In this document: one piece after another, positions 22,120 to 33,927 of the stretch
How positions within the stretch are numbered: position 1 is the first letter of the stretch
Layout: each line of letters opens with the position of its first letter
Source: Paramoeba atlantica
Taxonomy: Eukaryota; Protista; Discosea
NCBI GenBank assembly: GCA_977017575.1
Contig: CDRNVI010000004.1
Location: 310,001 to 374,000, forward strand
Direction of reading: 5' to 3'
DNA length: 64,000 nt
Notes under the pieces: generated by a model
What the model saw: the letters and a program-made list of their open reading frames with translations, nothing else
The model's database searches: none
Told to the model about the DNA's origin: nothing
Made by a program: the position numbers and the translations under genes

Positions 22120-22221
22120 TGCTTTTTATAATATTTGTTCATACGCAGTCTTTTTTTTGTGTATTACTTATTTTGCTGGGACTCAGGGCTCAACCTGACT
22201 GGCTAAAAAAAAACAAGAAAA

Positions 22222-23320
22222 AATAGCCCCAGTGCTTCAGCAGTGATCCGCAAAGTTGGGGAACGTCTCTCACATGCCTCGTGTGGGTTATTGACAGAAG
22301 GGGAAGCCACGAGCAGAATCTTTACGGAGCTGAACGTCACCCTCATGCGCCTTCAGGCGCGCATGATGGTTACTCGTTTACTTCCTGAGGATCCGCTCTC
22401 TCCTACGGAGGTGTAAACGTTCGTAAACGTCGACCGCGCCCCTTTTGGCACGGGAACACGTTTGCGCCCATGAAGAGCTGGTCGGGATGCTGGTCGAGTC
22501 GACAGAGTCTATACTCACGCCTAGCCCGCGAGGGCTAGGTACCCCAAGTGAGGTAGTACACGGGTAGTGAATCTCCTCCCCGTCGGCCAGCATCCTGTTT
22601 CGTGACCGTGTCGCTGTCGACACAGGCCCGCGCCTGCGCCCTCCCGTATAGCAAGGGAAGGGTTCACAAGTCAGGCCGTGGAGTGGTCGAAAGACCCGGT
22701 CCGGAACGCGCGAATGGATTGGGTCCGGATTGCTTGTTTTTATTTTTACTGTGTCTTATTTGTCGTATATACTTAGGGGAGATTGAATTGCTAGTTTTGG
22801 GCTGAGAAAAAAAAAAAAAAAGAAAAAGAAAATATACTTCTGTGGAAATGAAAAGAATTGCTAATTTGATTGCTTGTTTTAAATTCAAAAAACAAGACAA
22901 GAAAAAAAGAAAAAATAAAAAAAAATAAAAAAAATGATTCCTCCCCGTCGGCCAGCATCCTGTTTCGTGACCGTGTCGCTGTCGACACAGGCCCGCGCCT
23001 GCGCCCTCCCGTATAGCAAGGGAAGGGTTCACAAGCCAGGCCGTGGAGTGGTCGAAAGACCCGGTCCGGAACGCGCGAATGGATTGGGTCTGGATTGCTT
23101 GTTTTTATTTTTACTGTGTCTTATTTGTCGTATATACTTAGGGGAGATTGAATTGCTAGTTTTGGGCTGAGAAAAAAGAAAAAGAAAATATACTTCTGTG
23201 GAAATGAAAAGAATTGCTAATTTGATTGCTTGTTTTAAATTCATATACCCCCCTAATGGACCTACTATGTACTTGGTTCGTCTACTGGGTCAAATTATAG
23301 AGGCAATGCCGCGATTCAAA
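22222..23320 (+). mobile_element. Family A 3' fragment with tandemly repeated 3' UTR
   Basis: 22222-22720 nearly identical to 49180-49680; second UTR copy from 22938. Confidence 0.88.
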
Positions 23321-23377
23321 AAAAAAAAATGAAAAAAAAAATTGTTTTGGGCGCAAGAATACCATGCGAGCAAGGTT

Positions 23378-25645
23378 TAATCCTTCAAGGTATTGCCGGA
23401 GGATGCGCCGATAATTAGCGGGATAATGACGGAGGAGCTACGGAAAGCTGGGAAGCGACTCGCAAAAGGCGTAAACCCTGGCCCAACTGGAATGATAGAC
23501 GGGATTGTGCAACTCATGCTCGATGATGAGATTTCATGCACTAATCTTGCCCATATGATATCGGATCTAATCAACGGATTCGTGGATCACAGCGTTTTGT
23601 TTCGATTAAACCGAGCACGGCTCGTAGCCATTCCTAAATCCAACGGAGGAGTCAGACCAGTGGCAATGGGCGAGATATTTATGAAGCTTGCCGGCGTTAT
23701 ATTGCTCCAGCGCTAAGAACACACTTTGGGCCCTTTTTTTGCACCACTGCAACACGGCGTTTCGTCAAAGGCAGGATGCGAAAAAATCGTTCATAGACTG
23801 CATGAGCGTTTTAAGTCTGGACACGTCATTCTTTCCATTGACGCCAAAAACGCCTTCAACTCCCCGAATAGGGCGGATATCGCCAAACACGTATTTGCTT
23901 TTGGTACACTACGCCCGTTTCAACGGATCTTTCACGCTGAATACGGCCAACCATCAGAGCTACTGTATTACGGATCCGATGGAACGCTATTCGGAGTCAT
24001 TTCCAGCACATGTGGTTTGCGGCAAGGTTCCCCGCTGGCATCTCTATACTACTGCGCCTTCCTGCAGCCACTATTGGAGATTCTGAAACAAGAGTTTCCC
24101 GACATCGAAATATATGCGTTTATTGATGACGTGAACATGGCTTCGAAAAACTCACAATCATTGGCCAAAGCATTTGTAAGGCTCCAAGAAATGGTGAATG
24201 CTCACAACATTGAACTTGCTCCTGGAAAATGCGTGTGGTTTGGTGGACAGGAAAAAATCCCGATTCCAGAACAGCTTGCAAATGAAGGGGTCAAGGCTGC
24301 GTACGATTCTATAAAGATCCTTGGGGCACACCTTGGAGAAGATGAATCTGTAAAGTCGGGTTTGTTTCAGCAGCTTGTCAGGAATACCGAAGCCTTTCGC
24401 CGATTAAAACTTATGGGCGCCAACAATGTCTCACTTTTGCTACTTTCCAAAAGCATGAATGTGAGGCATCAATACGCCATAAGAGTGCACGAGCCAACGT
24501 TAACCGACGCGGTCTCTCTCAGTTTCGACAACAACGTCGAAAAAGTGCTGCACCAGTGGTTGGGAGAAATGACCAAAGAGCAAATCGAATTGGCTCGGCT
24601 GCCGCTAAAGAAAGGAGGCCTCGGTCTGACATCATGTCATAGTATTCGTGCGGCGTCATACGAAACTTCTCGTTACCTAGCTCTAGAGCGCAAAAACTCA
24701 ATTTCTGCTCGGGCGGGCAATGCGAGTAACGTATCCGCTATCATGGATAATGGAATGAGTCAAACAGCAGTGGTCGCCCCAATCGATGAAGTAACAACAG
24801 CCGCGCAATTGCACCAGAAAGCATACGAGGCTTTAAAGGATCACGATCCCAAGCTAGCCACAATATTAAATGCCACCACACGGAAAGGAATCTATGACTG
24901 GTTACAGTCTAATGCTAAATTTGTACCCACGCGTGCATTTCAGATTGCAATCATGACACGCCTTGGGATGCCTCATCCTCGACTCCCGAAATCGCTGCTG
25001 TGCCCCGGCTGTCGTATGTTACTCGACAACAAAACAGCTTTGCAGCACATCCCCGGATGCGTCCAATGTACAGGGCTTAATGCCACAGTGAAGCACAATC
25101 GGCTGGTTAAGTATATCTTCGATTTGGCGCAAAAGGCCGGTATACAATGTGAGAAAGAACCGCGATCTTTTTCGACTTGGCAATGCGGAATTTGCAAGAA
25201 TAAAGTGTTTCCAAGCAACAAAATGATTCATGACAAAACATGTGCCGGACGTCAGCTGTTTCGCTCAGGGCCTGATTTGGTGATATATTGGTCAACCGGG
25301 GAAATATTTTATGATCTAACTGTGGTGCACGAGCTATCGAACTCCAATCAAGCGAAATCTTGTTCCCAGCTTCTTACAGATGCAATCAAGCGGAAACGGG
25401 ATACATATGTGACATCCGGAAAAATTCCCGACTTCGCATTTCAGTGCATCCCAGTGCTGTCCTGCGGCTCTCTTCATCAAAATACGAGATCTCTGTTGCA
25501 TGTCCTATCCGACGCGGCACTCTTAAATCGTCGAGCAACTGAAATGGAGTTCAAGCTCCTACTTCAGGAACTGAATGGGACGGAAGTGTACGCCCAGTTG
25601 CGGAACCACTTATCCCCGCAAGGCAGCAGCAGGTACAGCATTTGA
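23378..25645 (+). pseudogene. 5'-truncated family B RT-RLE ORF with in-frame stop at 23714-23716
   Basis: ORFs 23393-23716 and 23726-25645 share a frame; TAA replaces Tyr of LLQRYEK; GLRQGSPLAS, FIDD. Confidence 0.9.
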
Positions 25646-25800
25646 GCCAAATGTATCAACATAGTTTCGTTTCTCAATGCCTATATGTATTATTATATAC
25701 ATAATATCTATAGCGAATTCCCACTCAAAAATATATAAAAAGAATAAAAATTGCAAAGGAAGGCAATATTATCACTGCTTGCACTGATTCTTGAGGAGTT

Positions 25801-26197
25801 TCCTGTTTCGCGACCGTGTCGCTGTCGACACAGGCCCGCGCCTGCGCCCTCCCATATAGCAAGGGAAGGGTTCACAAGTCAGGCCGTGGAGTGGTCGAAA
25901 GACCCGGTCCGGAACGCGCGAATGGATTGGGTCTGGATTGCTTGTTTTTATTTTTACTGTGTCTTATTTGTCGTATATACTTAGGGGAGATTGAATTGCT
26001 AGTTTTGGGCTGAGAAAAAAGAAAAAGAAAATATACTTCTGTGGAAATGAAAAGAATTGCTAATTTGATTGCTTGTTTTAAATTCATATACCCCCCTAAT
26101 GGACCTACTATGTACTTGGTTCGTCTACTGGGTCAAAATATAGAGGCAATGCCGCGATTCATACTTCTCCCCCCTTATTAATTGCAAAAAAAAAAAA
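25801..26197 (+). mobile_element. Isolated family A 3' UTR and poly(A)
   Basis: Matches 22955-23320. Confidence 0.85.
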
Positions 26198-27790
26198 AGC
26201 TTTAGTAGCTATTTCCACGAATGTTGCCTGTGCGCCGGCAGTGGATCGGTGCGGGCGAAATCCAAACTGATTTGAGCGAAGCATATTCTCAACGGCTGGT
26301 TGTATACGCTCTAGTACCATCCGGTTCATTACCTTTACCACATGGTTTAGGGGAGGTAGGGGGCACGAGATGGGATTACCATGGGGGCTTTTTTTTTTTG
26401 ATGCATATGCGAGATTAACGTCATCGACGTAAGCATGGACGTTGACTTCCGACTACAAATTTGGCGCTACACCCTACAATCTATTCAAATCAAAACAAAA
26501 ACAAAAAACAATGCATATCGGTCTCCAATTTGTAAGATCATTGAGATTCCCTTTCTTTGGAAGTGGCACTTGCAGAATCATCTTCCATTTATCCGCCGCG
26601 GCACCGGTACACATTACTTCATTTATTATGTTCAAGAGCATGCCAAGTGCTTCTTCGCTCTGAGCCAATGAGTTTTGAAGAGAAATTCAGCATACAGATG
26701 GATAGTAGGTTTAAAAGATAATGAGAAATACATGTATGTTAAAATATTTTGAGATATTTCAATAGCAGATTAATATTAGGACTCGAGTAGTATGTACTTG
26801 TGAAATTAATGTTTCTTTCCCGGAGAGCAATTCGGTAGTTGAGCCAATGTAGAGAGAGCCTCAATAGGAATGTTGTCGGAGCCTGAAGCTTTTCCAGATT
26901 TGACTTTTTGCAGAGAAATTCTGAGCTCCTTTAGGGTAAATTCCGTATCCTCAATACCAGTTAAGCTTTTATTACAGTTAGGGAAGTTTACCGGTTCGGA
27001 AATTTGATTTAATTGGTTACCTATCGTCTGAAAATGTCCTCTCACTCTGCACATACTGTCTCGAACATTTTCACCAAACATGGAGAATACTTTTCGATTT
27101 TCCCCTACAATATAGCGAATTGCTTGATACGCGCTTTTTGGACATTTATATAGCTTTTCTTGGATCACTTCACATTCTTCTTTCACGCATTCTTCAATTA
27201 TTTTTCCGTGTTCTCGAGCAAAGGTATCGAAAGTCCTTCGATTTCGAGCAATTTGCACAATAGTTTTCATATCAAGGGAATGCGAGTCAGTTTCCGAGTC
27301 AGGAGCTTTTCCAATATTGGCAATTTTCCTGGGTAACTTCTCTGCGGCGGAGTTGACTGCGGACGATAGCTTATCCCATAAAGCGGGGCCAATTGACCCT
27401 TCTCGTGACCGTTTATTTCCCCCCTGAATTGACTCCTCCACATTTTTCACGAATGTATCACATATGGTTTCGTTTCTCAAGGATCCCCAAAACGGTTGTA
27501 ACTTACCAGGTTTGCATGCCACTCTCCATTTTATATTTAATCCTGCTATTACTGCACAGTGTCTCGTAGGTATGGGAGCCAAAAGCACCTTCTGATACCG
27601 AAATGCTGAGCTGAAACGGGAATTTATTATGATATGATCAAGCTGTTTTGTTATACCATCAGGGTGTTTCGGCGTAGGTGGAAACCTATAAGTCCACTTT
27701 CTTTCTGCGCTGCAACATTGATGAGCCGATTTAGATCCAAGGGTTACCAAAAATTTGCGAAATTCTTGCGCTCTTTCCGAACAACATTTT
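26198..27790 (-). pseudogene. Fragmented APE-RT LINE related to 55484-59644
   Basis: QLDHIII, SGSDNIP, QVPLPKKG..NWRPIC, NQFGFRPHRST; split by short inserts (TSDs TGAGCCAATG, ATGCATAT). Confidence 0.85.
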
Positions 27791-27849
27791 CTGCCATTTG
27801 GATCTGTTGACTCTTGTTGACTTTTATTTTCTATTACTTTCTCACTTTC

Positions 27850-28972
27850 ATGGGCATGTTCACGCGGAGCCGGGAGAAAGAAACGGGAGTAGCTCCCGTC
27901 GTACAGCCTCTACCTCCGACCCGTCGCAGGAAGAAAACAATTGAGGAGAAACCGCCTGAGGCTCCGTCCGAACCGAGCGCTTCTCCTTCGCCGCCCCCGC
28001 CGCCCCCGCCGCCCTCACCACCCACGACTTTGTCCACTGAAACTCCGTCTCTTCCATCGCCCGTCCCCGCCGCATCGCGGTCACCTACTTCACCGCCACT
28101 TCCGCCGCCACTACCGCCGCCATCACCACCATCAACGCCATCTGAGTGTCCACAATCTCCTCCTCCGTCGATGCGTCGACCCCACTGCCGAAAAGTGACT
28201 GCAAAGTCACAATTAAGAACGCACTGCTGTCTTCAAATTTCTTCAATAGGCGAAACAAACAACTCAACCTTCTTCAGACAAGAGCTGACAAAGTGTCGCA
28301 AGACGAGAGCCCAACCATTCGTCACCCAGAAGGATGCATCAAAATAAGAACGAACACCGCTCGGAACACAGCATTTACGAACTGGAGCAAGGAACCAACG
28401 TACGCTCAGGCGGCCACCCCTCCACCAAAAGATCCCACTACTCTGGATGAACTCGTTTTACGACCGTTAAATCCGTCGGCCGTTGCCATGGACAGTTACC
28501 GTAAGAAGGCTAAAGTTCTGCAGGATGCTATCATCCAAAAGGAAAACGAGCACAACAAGAGTACAAAGAACGTCCAGGAAAACGGACGCGTACAAAACAA
28601 CGAACCGATTCAGTACGGCGAAATTGCGCCCAACGGCGACGAAGGTTTCCGACCTGACACATCGAGCGAAATACAGGTAATTAGCACGACTCCGGGCCCC
28701 AAAACCAAGGAGTATGGAAGTAACACCGAGTTCTACGACTGCATCACGCCAGACACACAAGAAAAGGACAAACCAACCGAAACAACAAATCAAGTCATCA
28801 GCATACTTTATAGCGAAGGAAATCCGGAACAAGACAACCACATCGGTGGCATCATAAAATCGATAAATCCAGACACCGAATTCCCCATTCCTTTCGAGCG
28901 CATACAGAAGTCTTGTTCTTCAATAAAAAAAGGAACCAAATGCACAGTGGCGTGGACATTCGATGAACAAAC
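27850..28972 (+). pseudogene. N-terminal part of a full-length family B element (Pro-rich; frameshift near 28150-28190)
   Basis: MGMFTRS start; joins in frame to 29514 after removing insert with TSD TGAACAAAC. Confidence 0.8.
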
Positions 28973-29504
28973 TTTTTTTTTTTTTTTTTTACGAGAAAAG
29001 TTCTGAAGTCACCGATACTTGTTTTTATTAATAAAGGTAAAGGTCTTAATAAAGGACATTAATAGATTATGATTATCACACTAAACACTTAATTCTTGCA
29101 CCTTCCTGTCGGCCAGGTGACTACGAAGCTGCGCATACACTTCGAGCCCATTTTGTTCTTGCAACCGTAATTTAAACTCCATCTCTGTTCTGTGGCGATC
29201 AAGGCACGCAGCGTCCGCCAAAGCATGGATGAGGAATCGGGTGTTCTGATACAAGGATCCGCAAGAAAAAACCGGCAAGCATTGGAAAGCTACGTCAGGG
29301 ATCTTTCCTGATTCTACGTATGTTTGATGCTTCCGTTTTATTGCTTCTTTTGCCAGGTTCGCGCATGTCTTACTAATGTTCGACGGCGCAAGCTCGTGAA
29401 TCACTGTAAGGTCGTAAAACAGTTCGCCTGTTGACCAATAAATCACGAGGTCAGGGCCTGACCTGAACAACTGCCGCCCTGAGCATGTCTTCTCATGAAT
29501 TCCC
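28973..29504 (-). mobile_element. 5'-truncated family B insertion (RLE tail + poly(A))
   Basis: RSGPDLVIYW..YDLTV; 9-bp TSD at 28964-28972 and 29505-29513. Confidence 0.9.
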
Positions 29505-32451
29505 TGAACAAACCTCCTTGAACATCTCCGAAGGAACCGTAACACGATCCGCGAATCGGACCGGGGCGTCGAAACTACATTTGAGCTATAAAGGTCTGTT
29601 CGGCCATCGTGCAGAAGAAAGTTTTCCAGGTTTTCTTCCTCCGCAAGAAAATATCCGTGTATATCAGATCCGTTGGTACAGAGCTCCTCCAGCCATTGAC
29701 GAGAACCTTCCTATTGAGACCCGCGAAGAAACACATGTTAAAAAGGCCAGAGCGCTTAAGCTGGACACAGGAGCTGAAGACGTAGACCATCTCCCAATTC
29801 CAACCGCGAAAACCATTAGTCCTGATTTTATCTCCAGTGTGATTGCCATATACAGGGACATCATGCACATCTATGCAGAAAGCGACTACGTACAAAGAAA
29901 TCAAATTTGGAATAAAGTTTTGTCTGCAATGAAACTTTCATTAGCTTCTGTGCGTCAAGCCAATAGTAGACAACGGCGGCGAAGACCCATACAACAAGAG
30001 ACAGTTGAACACAATCAACCAGAAGACGAGTTTTTTCATGAGGACAAGCGAGCAATCAAACGGGCCACTCGTTTGGTGCTAGAAAACTGTACATCGAAGG
30101 CTTCAAGGATTTTGGACTGTTCTTTTCAGAAGAGCACGTTGACTGATCAAGAAAAAGTCCAAAAACTACGTGCACTTCATCCAGAACAAAACTGCAATTT
30201 CAAAGTTCCGGAAGATGCACCGATTATCGCAGGAATAGCCGTACAAGAATTAAGATGTGCAAGTAGACGACTGGCAAAAGGTGTGAGCCCTGGGCCTACA
30301 GGTACGACCGACAGCATCGTTAGACTTCTCATAGACGACGAGCCATGTTGCAATAGTCTTTGTCACATGATGAGCGATCTGATCAACGGATTCCTATCTA
30401 GACAAGTTCTACAGCGTCTAAATCGGGCAAGACTCGTAGCCATCGACAAGCCCAACGGGGGAGTACGCCCAGTAGCTATTGGAGAAATATTTAGCAAATT
30501 AGCTGGAATAATTCTGCTGCAAAGATACGAAAAGTCACTGGAACCCCTCTTTGTACCAATGCAACAAGGCGTATTCTCTCAAGCGGGGTGCGAACGAATC
30601 GTACACAAGTTGCGGGACCGCTGGCTTGACGGACACTCAATCCTGACTGTGGATATGCAAAATGCATTCAACTCACCCTCACGAGAGGAAATTGCAAAGT
30701 GCGTTTTTGCTTTCGCTACACTGAAACCCTTTCAAAGGTTCTTTGCGGCCGAATATTCAAATGCTTCCGAACTTTTATTTTATGGCTCCGATGGCAGCCT
30801 GACGGACATTATAATGAGCTCAGCAGGTGTACGGCAAGGGTCCGCTCTGGCTAGTCTTTACTTTTGCGTATTCTGTCAACCAATACTCGAGACACTGGCC
30901 TCCGAATTTCCAGGTATTGAAATAAATGCATACATTGACGATATAACGTTAGTGTCTCGAGTTTCAACCGAACTGGAGAAAGCATTCTTTAGGCTCAAAG
31001 GTCTCCTAGAAGAAAAACAGGTGAAACTAGCCGAGGCAAAATGCGTTTGGTTCAGAGGAAAATCCGGAAATTCCATACCGAATTCGCTGAGCACCCAAGG
31101 TGTAAAGTCGGAGGACGAAGCGGTCAAAGTACTCGGAGCGTATATTGGAGAAAACAACACAATAAGTGAACGACTTTTGCGTCAACTAGAGAAGCAGGTC
31201 ACAGCTTTTCGGCGGCTAAAACGAATGGGCATCAATAATATATCGATGATTCTTTTAGCAAAATGTGCCAATGTTCGTCAACAATACCTGATTCGTGTTC
31301 ACCCGCCCGGAACAACAGAGAAAGCATCATCACAATTCGATCAAGAGGTTGAAAATGTGGTAGAGACTTGGATTGGTCCACTCTCTCCTGATCAAATGAA
31401 AATTGTACGATTACCCGTTAAGAAGGGAGGAATGGGTTTGACAGCGAGCAGTCCCCTTAGGGAGACGGCATATGTGGCATCCCGCTACTCGGTTCTTGAG
31501 CGCCGAAACTCTTTTTCAGCTCGGATCGACAACGCGGTGCCATCACACCCGTCTATTCCTAAGAACTCGACAATGAAAGTCATACCAGTGGACGAAAAAG
31601 CTTCCACCAGCATTCATCATGTCGAAGTATTGAAAGAGTTGCAAACGGATCCCGACATTAAGCCCATTCTACAAGCCACATCCTTCAAAGGAAACAGCGA
31701 CTGGATCCTTTCCAACGCGAAGTACATCCCTTCCCATCTCTTCAAACTCGCGATTATGCCACGACTAAATGCCCAACACCCAGATCTACCTACCAGTCTA
31801 TTGTGTCCAGGGTGCGGTATTCTCCTCAATAACCGAAACGCCCTCACCCATATCCCAGGCTGTGCTCAATGTTCAGGTATAAATACGACCGTGAAACATA
31901 ACTCACTTGTCGGATTTTTACATCGTCTATGCGTGAAAGCAGGCATCCCATGTGAAACGGAACCTAGAAACTTTTCTACGTGGAAGTGCATCGCTTGCCG
32001 ATCCACAATCAGTCCGGAAAACCAGTTGGTACATCAGAAGACTTGTGCAGGAAAAAAACTTTGTCGGTCTGGCCCCGATCTCGTGATCTATTGGAACACG
32101 GGTGCGGTCTTCTATGATCTGACAGTTATTCACGAACTCTCAATGTCTAATCGTGGAAAGAAATGCACACAGCTCATGAATGACGCGCTGCAGCGAAAGT
32201 CCAACACATATGTACGTACGAACTTAATTCGTGAAGACTCATTTCAATGTTTACCCGTACTGGCAGGAGGCGCTTTGCACCGCAATACACAGAACTTGGT
32301 ACACTCGCTAGCAGACGCGGCCATGCTAAACAGGAAACAGGTCGAACTCGAAATGAAGCTGACGATTCAGGAGCTTAATGGATTAGGGATTTATGCGCAG
32401 CTAAAGAAATACTTAGACGGCTGCACGCAAACTCAAGAATATAGTATATAA
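29505..32451 (+). CDS. Family B RT-RLE, remainder of interrupted ORF
   Basis: RPVAIGE, GVRQGSALAS, YIDD, CPGC..HIPGC..C, KHN, PDL..YDLT. Confidence 0.92.
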
Positions 32452-32814
32452 GTTCTAAACACAATATCACTATAAGCTGAGTCAGCTTATAAAATTATAT
32501 AGATTTCATTTTCGGGATAGTTTCTCTTTGAAAATTGAGAGAAGGGGGGAAGGTGAACATGTCTCACATTTGATAGTAATCGGCGCGTATATAATATATG
32601 CGCTCCACGGGCTAAAAAAAAAAAAACCAGATGCATTTTTCGTTAAAAAAAAAAAAAAAAAAAAACTTTCATTTAAATAGTGAACATGTCTCACATTTGG
32701 TAGACGTGCGATGTCCATCAATTTTATAAAGAACACCTTTTTTATAAAGAACACCTTGTACAACGTTTTGTAAGACCATCGTTTTTTGTAAGACAAAAAA
32801 AAAAAAAAAAAAAG

Positions 32815-33080
32815 AAATTGGATCTTGCAAAGGTGCGTTCATGTCTCCGCATATTATCTTTAGCGAACATTGTGAATCATGGCAAGCATCAAATAGCTCC
32901 TCATCAAACGATTCTTGCTTCTCTTTCTTTGCACCAGACGTCGGGGAGTAAACATTAAATATACACGCCTTCATCTTTCCAATATGCATTGTTCCTTTCA
33001 TAATGCGATCATTGATCTTTTCAACACCCATGGGTTGCAGACTCAGCATTGCCATTCCGTTATAGCCGTTTATTGCACTC
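32815..33080 (-). pseudogene. APE endonuclease fragment
   Basis: YNGMAML..IFNVYSP..GDMNAP aligns with 55484 ORF. Confidence 0.8.
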
Positions 33081-33169
33081 ATAATATATATATTAACACT
33101 AATGCCAGGCAGATAGAGCCTACGATGAATGATCGGTTCCTCGCTCTTGAACGATTTTGCGCGGAACAC

Positions 33170-33490
33170 AAACGGTGCGTAGCGGTGCTGGTGTTGTTTT
33201 CTTGAAAATTAAGGGTGACCCTGATTACTACTCTATTCCGTTGGAGGTGGGAACAAGTGAGAGGGCCGAATTATTAGCATTTCGTGAGGCTATTTCGAAA
33301 ATTCCAGAAGGATCACACTCTTGCGTTTTTCATACTGATTCTTGTTACGTTTGGCAATATTTTCACAGTTTAAGATCACGTTTTCGCGTTGTAGGCTACA
33401 TCGGAATTGCAAATGGAGACTTGATGGATCAAATGGACCATAAATTACGCGCGTTGAAGGGTCAAGGGGTACAAATATACATGTGTAAAG
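33170..33490 (+). pseudogene. LINE RNase H fragment
   Basis: SERAEL..HTDSCYVW aligns with C-terminus of 55484 ORF; cut by SL remnant 33489-33506. Confidence 0.8.
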
Positions 33491-33826
33491 TTTCTGTACC
33501 TTGTTGCTTTCTTTAATTTTTCTTTCTCATGACACGCCTTTCTCGGACACCGACGCGAAGTACCACACAAGTCAAGAAGAAATTGAAGGAACCCACAGTG
33601 AATCATGGACGGCTCTCGAAGCCAAAAAATCATAAAGATATAGAGGCTACAAGAATTCATCTTCAATGCGAGGAAAAATGTGAACAAACATCACCAGAAA
33701 TAAAAGTAGCAGCAACTCTGAAAAAGAAGGCTATGCATCACGGGCTCCGGCACTTGTTGCATACGTTGGCGGACTGCAGCGGACTTGATAGGGTCCGAAC
33801 ACTGAACGAATTTTCTCTGTGCCTGC
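33491..33826 (+). mobile_element. SL-headed internally deleted family B-like element; resumes at 36719-36972
   Basis: LLHTLAD..NEFSLC continues as LQELNGSIIFSQLRNYL* across TSD TGTGCCTGC (33818-33826, 36719-36727). Confidence 0.7.
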
Positions 33827-33927
33827 GTTGTCTTAATAATTGTATGATATAAACTGCGAATCATCTTCAAACAATTCTTTTCGTAAACTATGAGACTTCC
33901 TACCACGGATTCTCACTGCATATTCCA

